DNA of 64,000 nucleotides from Gemmatimonadota bacterium (GTDB lineage Bacteria; Gemmatimonadota; Gemmatimonadetes; Longimicrobiales; Gaopeijiaceae): NCBI GenBank assembly GCA_034521595.1, contig JAXHMG010000003.1, positions 2,880,001 to 2,944,000 of the forward strand, read 5' to 3'. Shown piece by piece: positions 54,993 to 64,000 of this stretch (position 1 is its first letter; each line of letters starts with the position of its first letter). The notes under the pieces were generated by a model. It saw only the letters and a program-made list of their open reading frames with translations, ran no database searches and was not told where the DNA came from. The position numbers and the translations under genes were made by a program.

Positions 54993-55954
54993 CAGGAATC
55001 CCGGCGCGAGGGGCGCGTGCACAGGACGTACACCGCACGCGGCCACAGGAAGAGAAGGGGGAGCTTTCGCTCCAGCGGGGTGAGATGGATCTCCCGGCCG
55101 GTGTGTCGTTCGACCTTGCGCACGACGTACGGAAGCCAGTTGGCGAAGGTCACCGTGTGCTTGAGCCAGCGAAGCGTGGCCCGGAGCTTGGACCGGCGGA
55201 AATGGCGCCTCCAGCGGCGCGCATCCCTTCGGCCGGGCGCGGTCCGCAGGCAATATCCTTCGCCCGAAGGCCGCACGATCCCCTCCTGCTCCGCCTCCTC
55301 GAGCACCGGCCCGAACGCCCGCTCGAAGTGGGGCGCCTGAGCCTGAAAGATCTGCTCCGCCCGGTCACCGGCTTCGGGGCGCAGCTCGCCCCGGTAGCAG
55401 ACCTCCAGCATCCGGCGTCCCAACGCCTGCGCGTCGAACGACGCCTCCAGGTAGGGAGCCATCCAGCGCAGCACGCCTCGGTGAGCCGCGCGGATCCGCT
55501 CGTCGACCCATCGCGCGTCGGCCTCCGTGCGCGCCCAGGTGACCGCGACCTTCTGGACCAGGCGGCCGAGCAGAAAGTGGTCCGGCGGGTTCGGCCCGAG
55601 CGCCCGCTCGAAGTGGTCGGAGCGGACGACGAGACACTTCGCGATCGCCGCGCGGCCCTCCTCCGGTGCGAACGCGATCACGTTGGGCGGAAGCACGTGC
55701 GCGAGCGCGGACATGAGCCACGGGGGGCGCGGCAGCTCGCCCGCGGCCGAAAGCGCGCGATGGAACGCACGGTAGTCGTCCACCACGACCACGAGGTCGA
55801 CCGCGCTGTGCCGGTCGGGCGCCGCGGAGCGAAGCAGGTGCGAGCCGTACAGGAGGATGGCTCGCACGGTCCCGTCGCTCGCGCGGACGAGCGCTCGAGC
55901 CAGCTCTTCGGCCGGCGTGCTCGCCGCGCCACTCTCCGGGACCGGTGTGCTCAC
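54992..55954 (-). CDS. Nucleotidyltransferase-fold protein, Tam41/Mmp37-like putative phosphatidate cytidylyltransferase
   Basis: AILLYGS...AVDLVVVVDDY..FH...LPPNV...AKCLVV...FLLGRLVQKV parallels Tam41 AYGS...DxxxVD...WH...KYGVV...AGRLQKPV. It sits between the PlsC-like and CDP-alcohol transferase genes. Confidence 0.65.
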   Translation of the reverse strand: MSTPVPESGAASTPAEELARALVRASDGTVRAILLYGSHLLRSAAPDRHSAVDLVVVVDDYRAFHRALSAAGELPRPPWLMSALAHVLPPNVIAFAPEEGRAAIAKCLVVRSDHFERALGPNPPDHFLLGRLVQKVAVTWARTEADARWVDERIRAAHRGVLRWMAPYLEASFDAQALGRRMLEVCYRGELRPEAGDRAEQIFQAQAPHFERAFGPVLEEAEQEGIVRPSGEGYCLRTAPGRRDARRWRRHFRRSKLRATLRWLKHTVTFANWLPYVVRKVERHTGREIHLTPLERKLPLLFLWPRAVYVLCTRPSRRDS

Positions 55955-56724
55955 GCCGGTTGGCCTTCGGCGCGCATCCGTGCGAGCTCACGTTCCATGA
56001 GCGCGCGGACCTCTTCCAGGAAGGCGGCGGGGTCCGCGCGCGGGTCGTCCCAGTCGAGCACGCCGGCGAGGGCGACGTCCCCGTGAATCCCGTCCATCCC
56101 CTTGAGGAAGTCCTTGAAGCGTGGCTTCTGCCAGAACCCGTCGGCGACGAGGACGTAGACCTTCCACGGGCGGGCACGGAGCAACAGGCTCACCCCTTTG
56201 GTCCGGAACCGCCGGATGTGGCCGTCCCGGCTGCGGCTCCCCTCCGGGAAGACGGCGATGGGCACGTCCGAGGTCCGCGCGGCGTCCCGGAGCTCCTTGT
56301 ACGTCCTACGCATCGCGCCGGCGTTTGCTGAAGGGTCCACCAACGGGTATTGATAGAGCCTCGTCATCTGCGAGATTTGCGGGATCCAGCGCCCGTAGCG
56401 CTTGCGTGTGACGATGCGCGGATACCCGTCTTCGACCGACTGAACGAGGAGCGGGATGTCGAAGAGGGATTGGTGGTTCATGAGAATGAGCACCCCCGGC
56501 TCGGCTGGAACCACGCGGTCGGGAACCGGGATGTGGGCGCCACCAATCCGCACGATGGGCCGGGTGACGACCCGAGCCATGAAGTTGATCCACGAGGTGA
56601 GGACCGGAGCACGCCGGGACGGGCGAAGGCGCACCCAGGGCGTGATCACGAAGCGTTGGACGGGATCGGAGAGGAGTAGTCCGAGGCAGACGACCGCCAG
56701 GGCCACATATCCTCGAAGCTTCAC
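55951..56724 (-). CDS. Lysophospholipid acyltransferase (PlsC family)
   Basis: NHQSLFD (HX4D) and FPEGSRS. Confidence 0.9.
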   Translation of the reverse strand: MKLRGYVALAVVCLGLLLSDPVQRFVITPWVRLRPSRRAPVLTSWINFMARVVTRPIVRIGGAHIPVPDRVVPAEPGVLILMNHQSLFDIPLLVQSVEDGYPRIVTRKRYGRWIPQISQMTRLYQYPLVDPSANAGAMRRTYKELRDAARTSDVPIAVFPEGSRSRDGHIRRFRTKGVSLLLRARPWKVYVLVADGFWQKPRFKDFLKGMDGIHGDVALAGVLDWDDPRADPAAFLEEVRALMERELARMRAEGQPA

Positions 56725-56832
56725 GTGGAACGGCTCCGGCGAACCAGGGTGCCCAACGGAATCAACCGTCGAATCGAGGGTGAGCGCGAACGCTAACCGG
56801 TGTCGGCGGCCATCATCAAGACGAAAGGTGAC

Positions 56833-57504
56833 ATGAGCGACGTCCAGTACACGTACTACGGCTTCGACTACTGCATCGGGGGCTACTTCGAGATGGCCAC
56901 GTCGGAGGCCCGGAAGGTCCTTCCTTCGCACCTCGAACCCCTGGAGAAGCAACACGAGCGGAGCATCTTCGCGATCACCGTGTTCCGCTTCACGGAGAGC
57001 GAAGTCGGCGCGTACGACGAGGTCGTGCTGGCGGTGGTGGTTCCGCCGATGGTCGAGCCCGGCAAGCCGCTTCCGAAGGCGGCCATGTATCCTTTCATGG
57101 TGGGAACGTCCACCCGAGCGGCGCGCGAGCACGCGATGGAGCGGTGGCACCTGCCGCACGTGATGAAGGACCTCGACATGGACTTCCAGGAATCCGACGG
57201 AACGATGACGGTGCGCGTACGCGACGACGCCACCCCTGTCCTCGACCTGGTGGTGACCGAGTTCGAGTTCGAGCCGGCCCGCAATCAGTACAACGTCTTC
57301 ACGATCGACGGCGAGGAGCGCTTCAAGGTCGACATTTACATGGAAGCGCCCCACTCGGAGCACGAAGAGGAGCGCGGCGAGCTCACGCTCCACGATCACC
57401 CGCTCCTGGCCGGCCTCGATCCGCTGGAGATCGAGCGGTATCCCTTCCGCGAAGAGTGGTACCAGAAGGGCCTGCAGACCTTCGAGGAGTTGGAATCGAT
57501 CTGA
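56833..57504 (+). CDS. Acetoacetate decarboxylase-like (ADC/DUF2071 fold) protein
   Basis: ARKVLPSHLEP...FRFTESEVGAYDEVVLAVVV...AREHAMERWHLP; the Lys of the usual WGxPK motif is absent. Confidence 0.6.
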   Translation: MSDVQYTYYGFDYCIGGYFEMATSEARKVLPSHLEPLEKQHERSIFAITVFRFTESEVGAYDEVVLAVVVPPMVEPGKPLPKAAMYPFMVGTSTRAAREHAMERWHLPHVMKDLDMDFQESDGTMTVRVRDDATPVLDLVVTEFEFEPARNQYNVFTIDGEERFKVDIYMEAPHSEHEEERGELTLHDHPLLAGLDPLEIERYPFREEWYQKGLQTFEELESI

Positions 57505-58484
57505 CCGAGCGCCGCCGCCACTTCGTGATCTTCAACCCCGCCTCGGGAAGGGGCCGGGGACGACGGAGGATCTCCCGATACAAGCGCTTGCTCGAGCGCG
57601 CGATCCCTGACGTCAGGTTCGCGGCGACGGCGCGGGCCGGGGACGAGCGCGATCTCACTGAGCGTGCGCTCGCCGACGGGTACGACGTGGTGGTCGCGGT
57701 GGGGGGGGACGGGACGTGGAGCAACGTGGCCGATCGGATCGTCGCCAGCGGGCGGTCCGACGTCGCGTTCGGGGTGCTGCCGAGCGGGACCGGAAACGAT
57801 TTCGGACGCAACCTGGGGTTCCGACCCGACGACGCCGCCGAAGCGGTTCGGGCACTGGCCGGGGGAACCATCCGCCACGTGGACGTGGGACGCCTCGAGA
57901 CGCCGAGCGCGTCCGAGCACCACCCGGATCGATTCGAAGCGCGGCACTTTCTGAACCTCGTGGGCTTCGGGTTCGATATCGCGGTCATCGACGCCGCCGC
58001 GCGTGCTCGCTTTCTCAGAGGCGAGTTGCTCTACAAGGCGACCGCCCTCGGTGAGCTCTTCCGGTTTCCGGGCACCGACATCCGTATCGAGACGGGGAGC
58101 GGAAGCGTGCGTGAAGGACGCTACCTCATGTTGACGATCTCCAACGGGTGCTATTTCGGGGGAGGATTCCCGATCGCGCCCGGTGCCACCGTCGACGACG
58201 GGAAGCTGCACGGATGCCGGATCGTCGACGCCGGTCCCCTCGAGCGGCTCCGGCTCTTCAACCGAGCCGGAAAGGGTCGCCACCTCGGGTCGGAAGGGGT
58301 AGAAGTGCTCGACGACGACCGCTTCACCGTGACGTTCGCCTCGCCGCCCCGCTTCGAGATGGACGGCGAGGTGCGGGTCGCGGCGGAATCCACGCTGGAG
58401 GTCACGATCATGCCGGGGGCGCTTCCGGTCATCGTGCCCGCCAACGCCGAGGTTCCGGCGGGAGCCGAACCCCGGTCCGGCTGA
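57501..58484 (+). CDS. Diacylglycerol/lipid kinase (YegS/DgkB family); start approximate
   Basis: IFNPASG, VGGDGT, PSGTGNDF, GFGFD, NGCYFGGG, EMDGE. Confidence 0.92.
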   Translation: MTERRRHFVIFNPASGRGRGRRRISRYKRLLERAIPDVRFAATARAGDERDLTERALADGYDVVVAVGGDGTWSNVADRIVASGRSDVAFGVLPSGTGNDFGRNLGFRPDDAAEAVRALAGGTIRHVDVGRLETPSASEHHPDRFEARHFLNLVGFGFDIAVIDAAARARFLRGELLYKATALGELFRFPGTDIRIETGSGSVREGRYLMLTISNGCYFGGGFPIAPGATVDDGKLHGCRIVDAGPLERLRLFNRAGKGRHLGSEGVEVLDDDRFTVTFASPPRFEMDGEVRVAAESTLEVTIMPGALPVIVPANAEVPAGAEPRSG

Positions 58485-58492
58485 GGGTGGGG

Positions 58493-58513
58493 GCACTCTG
58501 TGACGCAGAGTGC
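58493..58513. promoter_or_regulatory. Perfect inverted repeat GCACTCTG-N5-CAGAGTGC abutting a TTGACG -35-like box
   Basis: Arms at 58493-58500 and 58506-58513; TTGACG at 58514-58519; next ATG at 58549. Confidence 0.65.
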
Positions 58514-58548
58514 TTGACGATACCGTTTCAGCTACCGATCGTGACGGC

Positions 58549-59166
58549 ATGAGTCTGCCCGCACACAAGCTCCGGTCCACCGAGAAGCCCCCGCTCGCCC
58601 TGCACGACCGGGCGATGGACGATCTCCGTTACATCCGTGAGACGATGGAGCGGTCCGCCTCGTTCACGCACGTGTCCGGCATGGGCGTGATCGCGATGGG
58701 CTGCATCGCCCTCGGGGCCGGGGTCGCCGCGTGGGGCACGACCGAGCTCTGGTCCTGGCTCGGCATCTGGCTGGGGGCTGCGATCGTCTCGTTCGCCGCG
58801 GCCATCTATCTGATGGACCGCAAGTCCCGCTCGGAGGGCATGACCCTTCTGACCGGGCCCGGGCGCAAGTTCGCGTGGAACGTAGTGCCGCCCCTGGTGG
58901 TGGGAGCGGTCTTGACCGTAGGGTCCTTGCGCGTGGGCGCCGTGAGCCTCCTTCCGGGTAGCTGGCTCATGCTCTACGGGGCCGCGGTCGTGGCGGCCGG
59001 CTCCCATTCGGTACGTCCGGTGCCGGTGATGGGGGTCTCGTTCATGGCCGTGGGGATCGCGGCGCTCCTGAGCCCACCAGCCTGGGGCGACGCATTCATG
59101 GCCGCGGGCTTCGGGGGCCTCCACTTGCTTTTCGGCCTCGTCATCTGGAGGCGGCATGGGGGCTGA
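58549..59166 (+). CDS. Integral membrane protein (~6 TM)
   Basis: AMDDLRYIRETMERS followed by hydrophobic helices; GFGGLHLLFG. Confidence 0.8.
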   Translation: MSLPAHKLRSTEKPPLALHDRAMDDLRYIRETMERSASFTHVSGMGVIAMGCIALGAGVAAWGTTELWSWLGIWLGAAIVSFAAAIYLMDRKSRSEGMTLLTGPGRKFAWNVVPPLVVGAVLTVGSLRVGAVSLLPGSWLMLYGAAVVAAGSHSVRPVPVMGVSFMAVGIAALLSPPAWGDAFMAAGFGGLHLLFGLVIWRRHGG

Positions 59167-59560
59167 GCGCGACGCGGCCCCGAAAGCCGTAGGACGACTC
59201 GAAGGAGAGCCGGGTGGGCTCGCCTCGGTCGAGGGTCATCCGGAAGGGTCCGCGCTCGAGCTGGACCGGCTCATTCACGAACGGGCCAGGCTCGGTATCG
59301 TCAGCGCGCTCGCCGTCAACGGGTCCCTCACCTTCACGGATCTGCGAGCGCTTCTCGGGACGAGCGACGGGAATCTGAGCGCGCACGCGCGCAGGCTGGA
59401 GGACGCGGGGTACGTCCTTTGCAGGAAGACGTTCGACGGGCGCACGCCACGCACGGAATATCGGCTGACGGCGCTCGGAAAACGGGAACTCGAGGCCTAT
59501 CTGGAACATATGGAGGCCATCATTCACGCGACTCGCGAACAGGCGGAGGGCTCGGAGTGA
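59156..59560 (+). CDS. Winged-helix transcriptional regulator (ArsR/MarR-like HTH_34)
   Basis: [17 protein letters not shown]...TFTDL...[18 protein letters not shown]...PRTEYRLT. Confidence 0.9.
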   Translation: MGAERDAAPKAVGRLEGEPGGLASVEGHPEGSALELDRLIHERARLGIVSALAVNGSLTFTDLRALLGTSDGNLSAHARRLEDAGYVLCRKTFDGRTPRTEYRLTALGKRELEAYLEHMEAIIHATREQAEGSE

Positions 59561-59600
59561 CGGAACGCTCACACGTCATCCAGATCCGGGACGGAACGGC

Positions 59601-60329
59601 ATGACCGAGACTCCTTCACGCAACGGTGACCATGACGGCCTGCACGTGGGCATCATCATGGACGGCAACGGGCGGTGGGCAACCGCGCGCAAGCGCCCCC
59701 GAGAATGGGGTCATCGGCAGGGTGCGCGCGCCGTGCGCCGCATCGTCGAGGCAGCACCCGACCTGGGTATCCACACCCTGACTCTGTACGCCTTCTCCTC
59801 CGACAACTGGCAGCGGCCGGAGCGAGAGGTCGGCTTGCTGATGAAGCTGTTCGGCCGCTACCTGCGCAGCGAGACCGACGAGCTCGCGGAGAACGGGGTC
59901 GAGCTGAAGGTCGTCGGACGCCGGGATCGGTTGGACGGACCGCTCGTCTGTTCCATCGAGCAGGCCGAGGCCCGAACCCGCGGAGGACGGCGGATGCGCC
60001 TGCGCTTGGCCGTGGACTACTCCGCACGGGATGTGATCACCGCCGCGGTTCACGAGGGCGTGCGGCAGGGCGGCACCGACCGGGAGGGCCTCGCCGCGCT
60101 TCTCGGACGGGCGATGAACGATACCGGTCCGGCGTCCGACGTGGATTTGCTGATCCGGACCGGGGGGGAGCAACGGCTCAGCGACTTCCTCCTCTGGGAG
60201 TGCGCGTACGCCGAGCTCCTGTTCACCCCGCGCATGTGGCCCGACTTCGATGCCGAGGAGCTGGAGCAGGCGGTAGAGGAGTACCGGAGCCGCGATCGCC
60301 GCTTCGGGAGGGTCGCGCTCGCGGTGTGA
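59601..60329 (+). CDS. uppS: Cis-prenyltransferase (undecaprenyl/decaprenyl diphosphate synthase)
   Basis: [49 protein letters not shown]. Confidence 0.92.
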   Translation: MTETPSRNGDHDGLHVGIIMDGNGRWATARKRPREWGHRQGARAVRRIVEAAPDLGIHTLTLYAFSSDNWQRPEREVGLLMKLFGRYLRSETDELAENGVELKVVGRRDRLDGPLVCSIEQAEARTRGGRRMRLRLAVDYSARDVITAAVHEGVRQGGTDREGLAALLGRAMNDTGPASDVDLLIRTGGEQRLSDFLLWECAYAELLFTPRMWPDFDAEELEQAVEEYRSRDRRFGRVALAV

Positions 60330-60415
60330 CGGCACGGCGTAAAGCCGGTGACGCGCCCGGCCCGGTCCACCGTCCCTGACCTTGCCCGAGGACCTCGGCC
60401 GCCGATCTTTCGAGC

Positions 60416-60880
60416 ATGACCGACACACCCGAAGCCGGCACACCGATCGCCGAAACCACGCTCACGGTCCGAAGCTCCGAGCTCGACTCGTTCGGACACG
60501 TGAACCATGCCGTGTTTCTCAACTATTTCGAGCACGCCCGGTTCGAGGCGCTGGAGCGTGCGGGCTTCTCCTGGTCGTCGCTCGAAGCCTACGGCTGGGG
60601 CATCTACGTGGTCCGGATCGAGGTCGACTACGTCGCGGAAGCTCGGCGGGGCGACGAGCTCCGGGTCCGGACCTGGGCCGAGGGGTTCCGGCGCACCAGC
60701 ATGGTGCTCGCTCAAACCCTCGACCGGGTCGAGGCGGACGGAAGCGAGACGCGGGTCGCCCGTGCTCGGGTCACGGCCGTGTGGGTGGGCCCCGACCGGA
60801 AGCCGATGCGAGTCCCCGACGAAGTGCGTGCGGGACTCACCGGAAGCGGAGACCCGGCGGTCGCGACGCGCCCGGGATGA
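60416..60880 (+). CDS. Acyl-CoA thioesterase (4HBT/YbgC hot-dog family)
   Basis: ELDSFGHVNHAVFLNYFEHAR. Confidence 0.9.
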   Translation: MTDTPEAGTPIAETTLTVRSSELDSFGHVNHAVFLNYFEHARFEALERAGFSWSSLEAYGWGIYVVRIEVDYVAEARRGDELRVRTWAEGFRRTSMVLAQTLDRVEADGSETRVARARVTAVWVGPDRKPMRVPDEVRAGLTGSGDPAVATRPG

Positions 60881-60929
60881 CACCGGAGCGTCGGCAGCCA
60901 CTTCTCACGCGCGCCCAATGGAGAAACCG

Positions 60930-62267
60930 ATGCAACACGAAGCCACTGCCCCAGCAACCTCGAACGTGGTAGCAGCGGCCGCATGGCCGACACGCTTCAT
61001 CGCCGGTCTGGCCGTGCTGGCCATGGCCGCCTGTGGTCCGGAAAGCTCGGATCGGGTGGAGGTGGCCGAACGGTGTCCGGGGGACGATCCCCGCATCGAG
61101 CTTCCGGATGGATTCTGTGCCCAAGTGGTCTCGGAGGGCGTTCAGGGTGCCCGGCATATCGACGTCGCGCCCAACGGGGACGTGTTCGTCGCGCGGCGCA
61201 ACATGCGGGATGATGACGAAACGGTGCCGGGCGGTGTCACGGTGCTCCGTGACACCGACGACGACGGGCGCGCGGACGAACGGGCCGACTGGGGAGCGAA
61301 CGGCGGGAACGAGGTGCTGCTCGCCGACGGGTTCGTCTACTTCGCCCCAGACGATGCCGTGCTGCGCTACCCGGTCGAAGCCGGCTCGATGGAGCCGGCC
61401 GGTCCCCCGGACACCGTCGTGGCGGATCTTCCGGACGAGCGGAGCCACGCGGCCAAGAGCCTCGCGCTGGGCGACGACGGCTCGTTGTACGTCAACCTCG
61501 GATCGCCGTCGAACGCATGCATGACCGACGCTCGCACCCCCGAGTCACCCGGCATGGACCCCTGCCCCGAGCTGGAGACCAGAGCCGGCATCTGGCGCTT
61601 CTCGGCGGACGACACCGGGCAGACGCTCGCGGACGGGACCCGCTTCGCGACCGGGCTCAGGAACACGGTCGCCCTCCGTATGCATCCGGAGGAAGGGGTG
61701 CTGTACGGCGTGGTCCACGGACGGGATCAGCTCAACGCCATGTGGCCCGAGATCTTCGACGTGGACGACAACACGGAGATGCCCTCCGAAGAGTTCGTCC
61801 GGATCACCGAAGGCACGGACTTCGGCTGGCCTTACTGCTTCCACGATCCACGGACGGGCCGCAAGCTCCTCGCCCCGGAGTACGGCGGTGACGGGGAAAC
61901 AGTGGGGCGCTGCTCGGAGAAGGACATGCCCATGATCGCCTTCCCGGCGCACTGGGCTCCGAACGACCTCGAGTTCTACACGGGCGGGGCGTTCCCGGAG
62001 CGATACCGGGGTGGCGCCTTCATCGCCTTTCACGGCTCGTGGAACCGCGCGCCGAACCCCCAGGAGGGATTTCAGGTCGTCTTCGCTCCGTCCTCGGCCC
62101 AGGGCTTCGGTCCGGAGTGGGAAACCTTCGCGGACGGGTTCCGCAACGAACAGGACCCCGACACCCACGCGCGCCCGGTCGGCGTGGCCATGGGGCCCGA
62201 GGGCGCGCTGTACGTGTCCGACAGCGTGAACGGCCGCATCTGGCGCATCCTTTATCACGGATCGTGA
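60930..62267 (+). CDS. Glucose/sorbosone dehydrogenase-family propeller lipoprotein
   Basis: Lipobox AMAAC; LPDGFCA, LYVNLGSPSNAC, ATGLRN, FGWPYC, AFHGSWNR, RPVGVA. Confidence 0.88.
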   Translation: MQHEATAPATSNVVAAAAWPTRFIAGLAVLAMAACGPESSDRVEVAERCPGDDPRIELPDGFCAQVVSEGVQGARHIDVAPNGDVFVARRNMRDDDETVPGGVTVLRDTDDDGRADERADWGANGGNEVLLADGFVYFAPDDAVLRYPVEAGSMEPAGPPDTVVADLPDERSHAAKSLALGDDGSLYVNLGSPSNACMTDARTPESPGMDPCPELETRAGIWRFSADDTGQTLADGTRFATGLRNTVALRMHPEEGVLYGVVHGRDQLNAMWPEIFDVDDNTEMPSEEFVRITEGTDFGWPYCFHDPRTGRKLLAPEYGGDGETVGRCSEKDMPMIAFPAHWAPNDLEFYTGGAFPERYRGGAFIAFHGSWNRAPNPQEGFQVVFAPSSAQGFGPEWETFADGFRNEQDPDTHARPVGVAMGPEGALYVSDSVNGRIWRILYHGS

Positions 62268-62285
62268 CCCGCGGCGGCCCATTGG

Positions 62286-63020
62286 ATGGCGATCGGTAAC
62301 GACGTGGTGGACCTCACGGCCGCCAGGGCGAAGGGCATGGCGGAGAAGCATCGATTCGTCGAACGGGTCTTCACCCGGAACGAGCGAGCACGGATCCTGT
62401 CCGGATCCGATCCGGACCTCGAGGTGTGGCTCGCTTGGGCGGCGAAGGAGGCTGCCTACAAGGTCGTATCCAAGCTCGACGGCAAAGCACCGGTCTTCGA
62501 GCACAGGTCGTTCGTCGTCGTGTGGGACGAAGCCGGGACGAGCGCGGAGCGGTCACACGGTGGCACCGTGCGACACGAAGGGCGTACCCTCAGGGTGTGG
62601 ACCGCCGCGGAACGGGACGCGGGCTACGTACACGTGCTCTCGTGGCTGACGGAGAGGCCGGGCACCGTGCCGGGCGACCCGGCCGAGGGTGCCCCGCGCG
62701 GAGCTCGCTGGACGGTCGAACGGCTCGATCGTCCGGACGCGCCCTGGGCGGGATCGTACGAGGCGCTCACCGCGCGTCTCGGCGAGAGGGAGCGGGACGC
62801 CGTGCACTCCCGGCCGTCGGCCGCCGTGCGGATCGGAGCGCGTGCGGAGATCGCGTCCGTGCTCGGCATCGACCGGGACCGTACGGAGATCGTCTGCCAG
62901 CCGGGACGGACGGGCCGGCGCCCGCCGCGGATCCTGGTGGACGGGACGCCCGCGACCCTCGACGTTTCCCTGTCCCACGACGGTCCCTGGATCGCGTGGG
63001 CACTCGCCCCCCTGTCGTAG
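62286..63020 (+). CDS. 4'-phosphopantetheinyl transferase (AcpS/Sfp superfamily)
   Basis: IGNDVVD, WAAKEAAYK, VSLSHDG. Confidence 0.85.
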   Translation: MAIGNDVVDLTAARAKGMAEKHRFVERVFTRNERARILSGSDPDLEVWLAWAAKEAAYKVVSKLDGKAPVFEHRSFVVVWDEAGTSAERSHGGTVRHEGRTLRVWTAAERDAGYVHVLSWLTERPGTVPGDPAEGAPRGARWTVERLDRPDAPWAGSYEALTARLGERERDAVHSRPSAAVRIGARAEIASVLGIDRDRTEIVCQPGRTGRRPPRILVDGTPATLDVSLSHDGPWIAWALAPLS

Positions 63021-63100
63021 CCGTCCGTGGCAGAAGCCCGCAACCCGTCGTTGGAAGCGCCACGGCCTCGCACACATCCCGAACCGAAGCGGCCCGCCCC

Positions 63101-63670
63101 ATGGAAGACCGAGCCCGTCTGAAGCAGCTACTCGTGGAACGTTCGGTGCGGCTCGGCGAGTTCACGCTCGCCAGTGGCGCCCGTTCGAGCTATTACGTCG
63201 ATGCGCGTCGCACGTCCATGAGCGCTGAAGGACAATACCTCATAGGCAAAATGGGACGCACCGCGGTACGCGAGCACGACCTCCGGCCGAGTCATGTCGG
63301 AGGGCTCACGATGGGCGCCGACCCGATCGCCTACGCCATCGCGCACCGGAGCTTCATCGACGGTGCGCCGGTCGATGCCTTTTCGGTCCGGAAGAAGCCG
63401 AAGGAGCACGGCACGGGGCAACGCATCGAGGGGGGGCTTCCCTCGGATGCCCACTGTCTGATGGTCGAAGATGCCATGACCACGGGGGGCAGCACGTTGG
63501 GGGCGATCGACGCCGTGGAAGAGCACGGAGCCGTCGTGGTGGGAGTGCTCACGCTCGTCGACCGCTCCGAGAGCGCGGCGGACCTCTTCGAGGAGCGTGG
63601 GATTCCGCTGATTTCCCTGTTCCGGGGATCCGAGCTCCTCGAAGCGGCCAGGACGCACCCGACGACGTGA
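63101..63670 (+). CDS. pyrE: Orotate phosphoribosyltransferase
   Basis: GEFTLASGARSSYYVDAR, VRKKPKEHG, MVEDAMTTGGS. Confidence 0.93.
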   Translation: MEDRARLKQLLVERSVRLGEFTLASGARSSYYVDARRTSMSAEGQYLIGKMGRTAVREHDLRPSHVGGLTMGADPIAYAIAHRSFIDGAPVDAFSVRKKPKEHGTGQRIEGGLPSDAHCLMVEDAMTTGGSTLGAIDAVEEHGAVVVGVLTLVDRSESAADLFEERGIPLISLFRGSELLEAARTHPTT

Positions 63671-63685
63671 GCCGAATTCCTCTCG

Positions 63686-64000
63686 TCAGTCGAGCAGACG
63701 AAGGGGCATGATCAAGCACAGGTAGTCGGGCTCGTCGTCACCCGAGCCCGTGGGAACGATCGTCGCGGCCCGCTCCGGGGCCTTGAATGCGATGTCCACC
63801 TCGTCCGTCGGCATGTACTTCAGGACCTCGAGGAGGTAATTCGCGTTGAAGCCGATCTCGAGCTCCTCACCGTCGTATCCGACTTCGAGCTCATCGTGTC
63901 CTTCACCGAGGTCCGGAGTGAGTACGTTCAGATGGACCCCGCCGGACTCGAACTTCATCCGGATCCGGTGCGTCTGGTCGGACGCGACCACGGCCATCCG
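63686..64000 (-). CDS. dnaN: DNA polymerase III beta clamp, C-terminal part (runs off the window)
   Basis: YDGEELEIGFNANYLLEVL...DYLCLIMPLRL. Confidence 0.93.
   Translation of the reverse strand, partial: RMAVVASDQTHRIRMKFESGGVHLNVLTPDLGEGHDELEVGYDGEELEIGFNANYLLEVLKYMPTDEVDIAFKAPERAATIVPTGSGDDEPDYLCLIMPLRLLD

Noticed and set aside
53418-55340. 640-aa ORF spanning the tRNA
   Set aside because: Only the first ~200 aa look like protein. The remainder crosses a clear tRNA and is antisense to two real genes, so it is likely a missed stop or frameshift.
62286-63020. PPTase plus thioesterase as a sign of an NRPS/PKS cluster
   Set aside because: No carrier-protein or synthase genes lie in the window.
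63686-64000. Replication origin
   Set aside because: Only the 3' end of dnaN is present. dnaA/oriC would lie beyond the window, and no DnaA-box cluster is visible.

Overview
A 64 kb window of a high-GC bacterial chromosome (about 70% GC by eye). Gene content and style suggest Gemmatimonadota/Longimicrobiales; this is an inference. From 1 to ~41,000 most genes are broken by single-base indels, while genes beyond ~41,000 are essentially intact. I read this as long-read consensus error and reconstruct genes across frames, so many boundaries are approximate. Contents in order: phenylalanine hydroxylase coupled to a UGA(Sec)-containing peroxiredoxin-like gene; NHL and Ig/RCC1 surface proteins; aldehyde dehydrogenase; disulfide reductase plus bacilliredoxin; a 4-hydroxybenzoyl-CoA-reductase-like Mo enzyme operon interrupted by a DUF1460 amidase; DUF5916 protein; treZ; an ECF sigma/Ser-Thr kinase pair; a ~15 kb surface operon (giant repeat protein, propeller fusion, beta-barrel, invasin-repeat lipoprotein); DASS transporter; vapBC-like TA pair; fadI; a regulatory locus (AraC, AAA/TPR activator, membrane HD-GYP, an unannotated 24-aa Trp-terminal peptide and a conserved hypothetical) with a low-GC cassette; tRNA-Asn; a phospholipid operon with a Tam41-like cytidylyltransferase; an uppS operon; pyrE; and the 3' end of dnaN. 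Best candidates for undescribed systems: (1) the peptide/HD-GYP/AAA-TPR signalling cassette, (2) the PlsC/Tam41-like/CDP-alcohol transferase lipid operon, (3) the giant-protein/beta-barrel surface operon.
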